Assembly: GCA_030390025.1 (NCBI GenBank)
Contig: CM059432.1
Coordinates: forward strand, 137,704,001-137,768,000
Direction: 5' to 3'
Source: Squalus acanthias
Taxonomy: Eukaryota
Length of the DNA stretch: 64,000 nucleotides
Shown: one piece after another, positions 62,571 to 64,000 of the stretch
How positions within the stretch are numbered: the first letter of the stretch is position 1
How the letters are laid out: each line of letters begins with the position of its first letter
The notes under the pieces: generated by a model
Seen by the model: only the letters and a program-made list of their open reading frames with translations
Database searches by the model: none
What the model was told of the DNA's origin: nothing
Translations under genes and position numbers: made by a program

Positions 62571-62824
62571 GTTAGTTTCTTTCTAAATGTTGTATGTGCT
62601 CCAGCAGCACACCAATGGAATATAGGCTGGTTTAATAGGTTGAAGGGAAACTACATGCTGAGCACAGACATGGAAATGTCGTCAAGACGTTGCAGTAAGG
62701 TGGTACTTCAAGGGGTCTCTTACGCCTGGTGGTATAAAGCCCCAGTATCTGTACAACTGCACTTTAGCCTGAAGCTAAATTATAATTAACCACTTACCAC
62801 CCCACCTCTAAAAACTACACTTAG

Positions 62825-64000
62825 AATATAAGAACATAAGAAATAGGAGCAGGAGTAGGCCATTTGGCCCTTCGAGCCTGCTCCGCCATTCAATAAGGTC
62901 ATGGCTGATCTTCTACCTCAACTCTACTTTCCTGAACTATCCCCATATCCCTTGATTCCCTTAAATATTCAAAAATCTATCGATCTCTGTCTTGAATATA
63001 CTCAAAGACTGAGCCTCCACAGCCCTCTGGGGTACAGAATTCCAAAGATTCACCACCCTCTGAGTGAAGAAATTTCTCATCTCAGTCCTAAATGGCCCTT
63101 ATTCTGAGACTGTGACCCCTGGTTCTAGACTGCCCAGCCAGGGGGAACATCCTCCCTGCATCTACCCTGTCAAGCCCTGTAAAAATGTTGTATGTTTCAA
63201 TGAGATCACCTCTCATTCTTCTAAACTCTTGAGAATATAGGCCTAGTCTACTCAATCTGTTCTCATAGGACAATCCCCCATCCCAGGAACCAGTCTAGTG
63301 AACCTTCGTTGCACTCCCTTCTACGGCAAGGAGACCAAAACTGTACATAATACTCCAGGTGTGGTCTCACCAGGGCCCTATATAATTGCAGTAAGACGTC
63401 TTTACTCTTATACTCAAATGCTCTTGTAATAAAGGCCAACATACCATTTGCTTTCCTAATTGCTTGCTGTACCTGCATGTTAACTTTCAGTGGTTCGTGT
63501 ACAAGGACACCCAGGTCCCTCTGAACACCAACATTTCCCAATCTCTCACCATTTAAAAAATACTCTGCTTTTCTATTTTTCCTACCAAAGTGGCTAACTT
63601 CACATTTCTCCACATTATATTCCATTTGCCATGTTCTTGCCCACTCAGTTAGCCTGTCTATATCCCCTTGAAGCCTCTTGCATCCTCCTCACAACTTACA
63701 TTTCCACCTAACTTTGTATCATCAGCAAACTTGGATATATTACATTTGGTCCCCTCATCCAAATCATTGATGTAGATTGTGAATAGCTGAGGGCCAAGCA
63801 CTGATCCTTGTGGTACACCACTAGTTACAGCCTGCCAACCCAAAAATGACCCGTTTATTCCTACTCTCTGTTTTCTGTCCGTTAACCAATCCTCAATCCA
63901 TGCTAGTATATTACCCCCAATCCCATGAGCCCTAATTGTGTTTAATAACCTCTTGTGTGGCACCGTATCGAATGCCTTCTGAAAATCCAAATACATATCC
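62825..64000 (-). mobile_element. CR1 LINE 3' part (RT), runs off window end
   Basis: YLDFQKAFDTVPH, SGVPQGSVLGP, KFADDTK; closely similar to the 29.9-31.2 kb copy; internal deletion near 63320; 3' tail at ~62825. Confidence 0.93.

Noticed and set aside
57380..64000. ZNF236 first exon / CpG-island promoter
   Set aside because: No CpG island or convincing ATG-plus-donor exon recognised; the region is repeats and AT-rich intron, so the start is probably beyond the window

Overview
Vertebrate genomic DNA, almost certainly a cartilaginous fish (shark-type repeat landscape: HE1-like V-SINE, SacSINE1/DeuSINE-like SINEs, CR1 and L2 LINEs). The window lies inside one gene, ZNF236 (multi-C2H2 zinc finger), on the minus strand. 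I reconstructed 19 internal coding exons (57379 down to 3195). All have AG/GT boundaries and compatible phases, and together they give about 3,484 nt / ~1,160 aa with 21 complete fingers plus the start of a 22nd. The first coding exon and the 3' exons were not found and presumably lie outside the window. Introns are full of mobile DNA: a near-full-length CR1 LINE with SGNH-esterase ORF1 and APE/RT ORF2 (27.1-31.2 kb), a long L2 remnant (50.4-53.2 kb), many LINE 3' fragments, tRNA-derived SINEs and TIR-bounded MITE-like elements. The most notable structures are two young, 12-bp-TSD-flanked, (near-)perfect palindromic insertions (58.1-58.3 kb and 61.15-61.45 kb). Their arms carry a minimal type I hammerhead ribozyme motif of the Penelope-like-element kind, and a third copy is a truncated single arm. 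No prokaryotic features, CRISPR arrays, rRNA or true tRNA genes were seen. Repeat family names are from recognition only, not from database searches.
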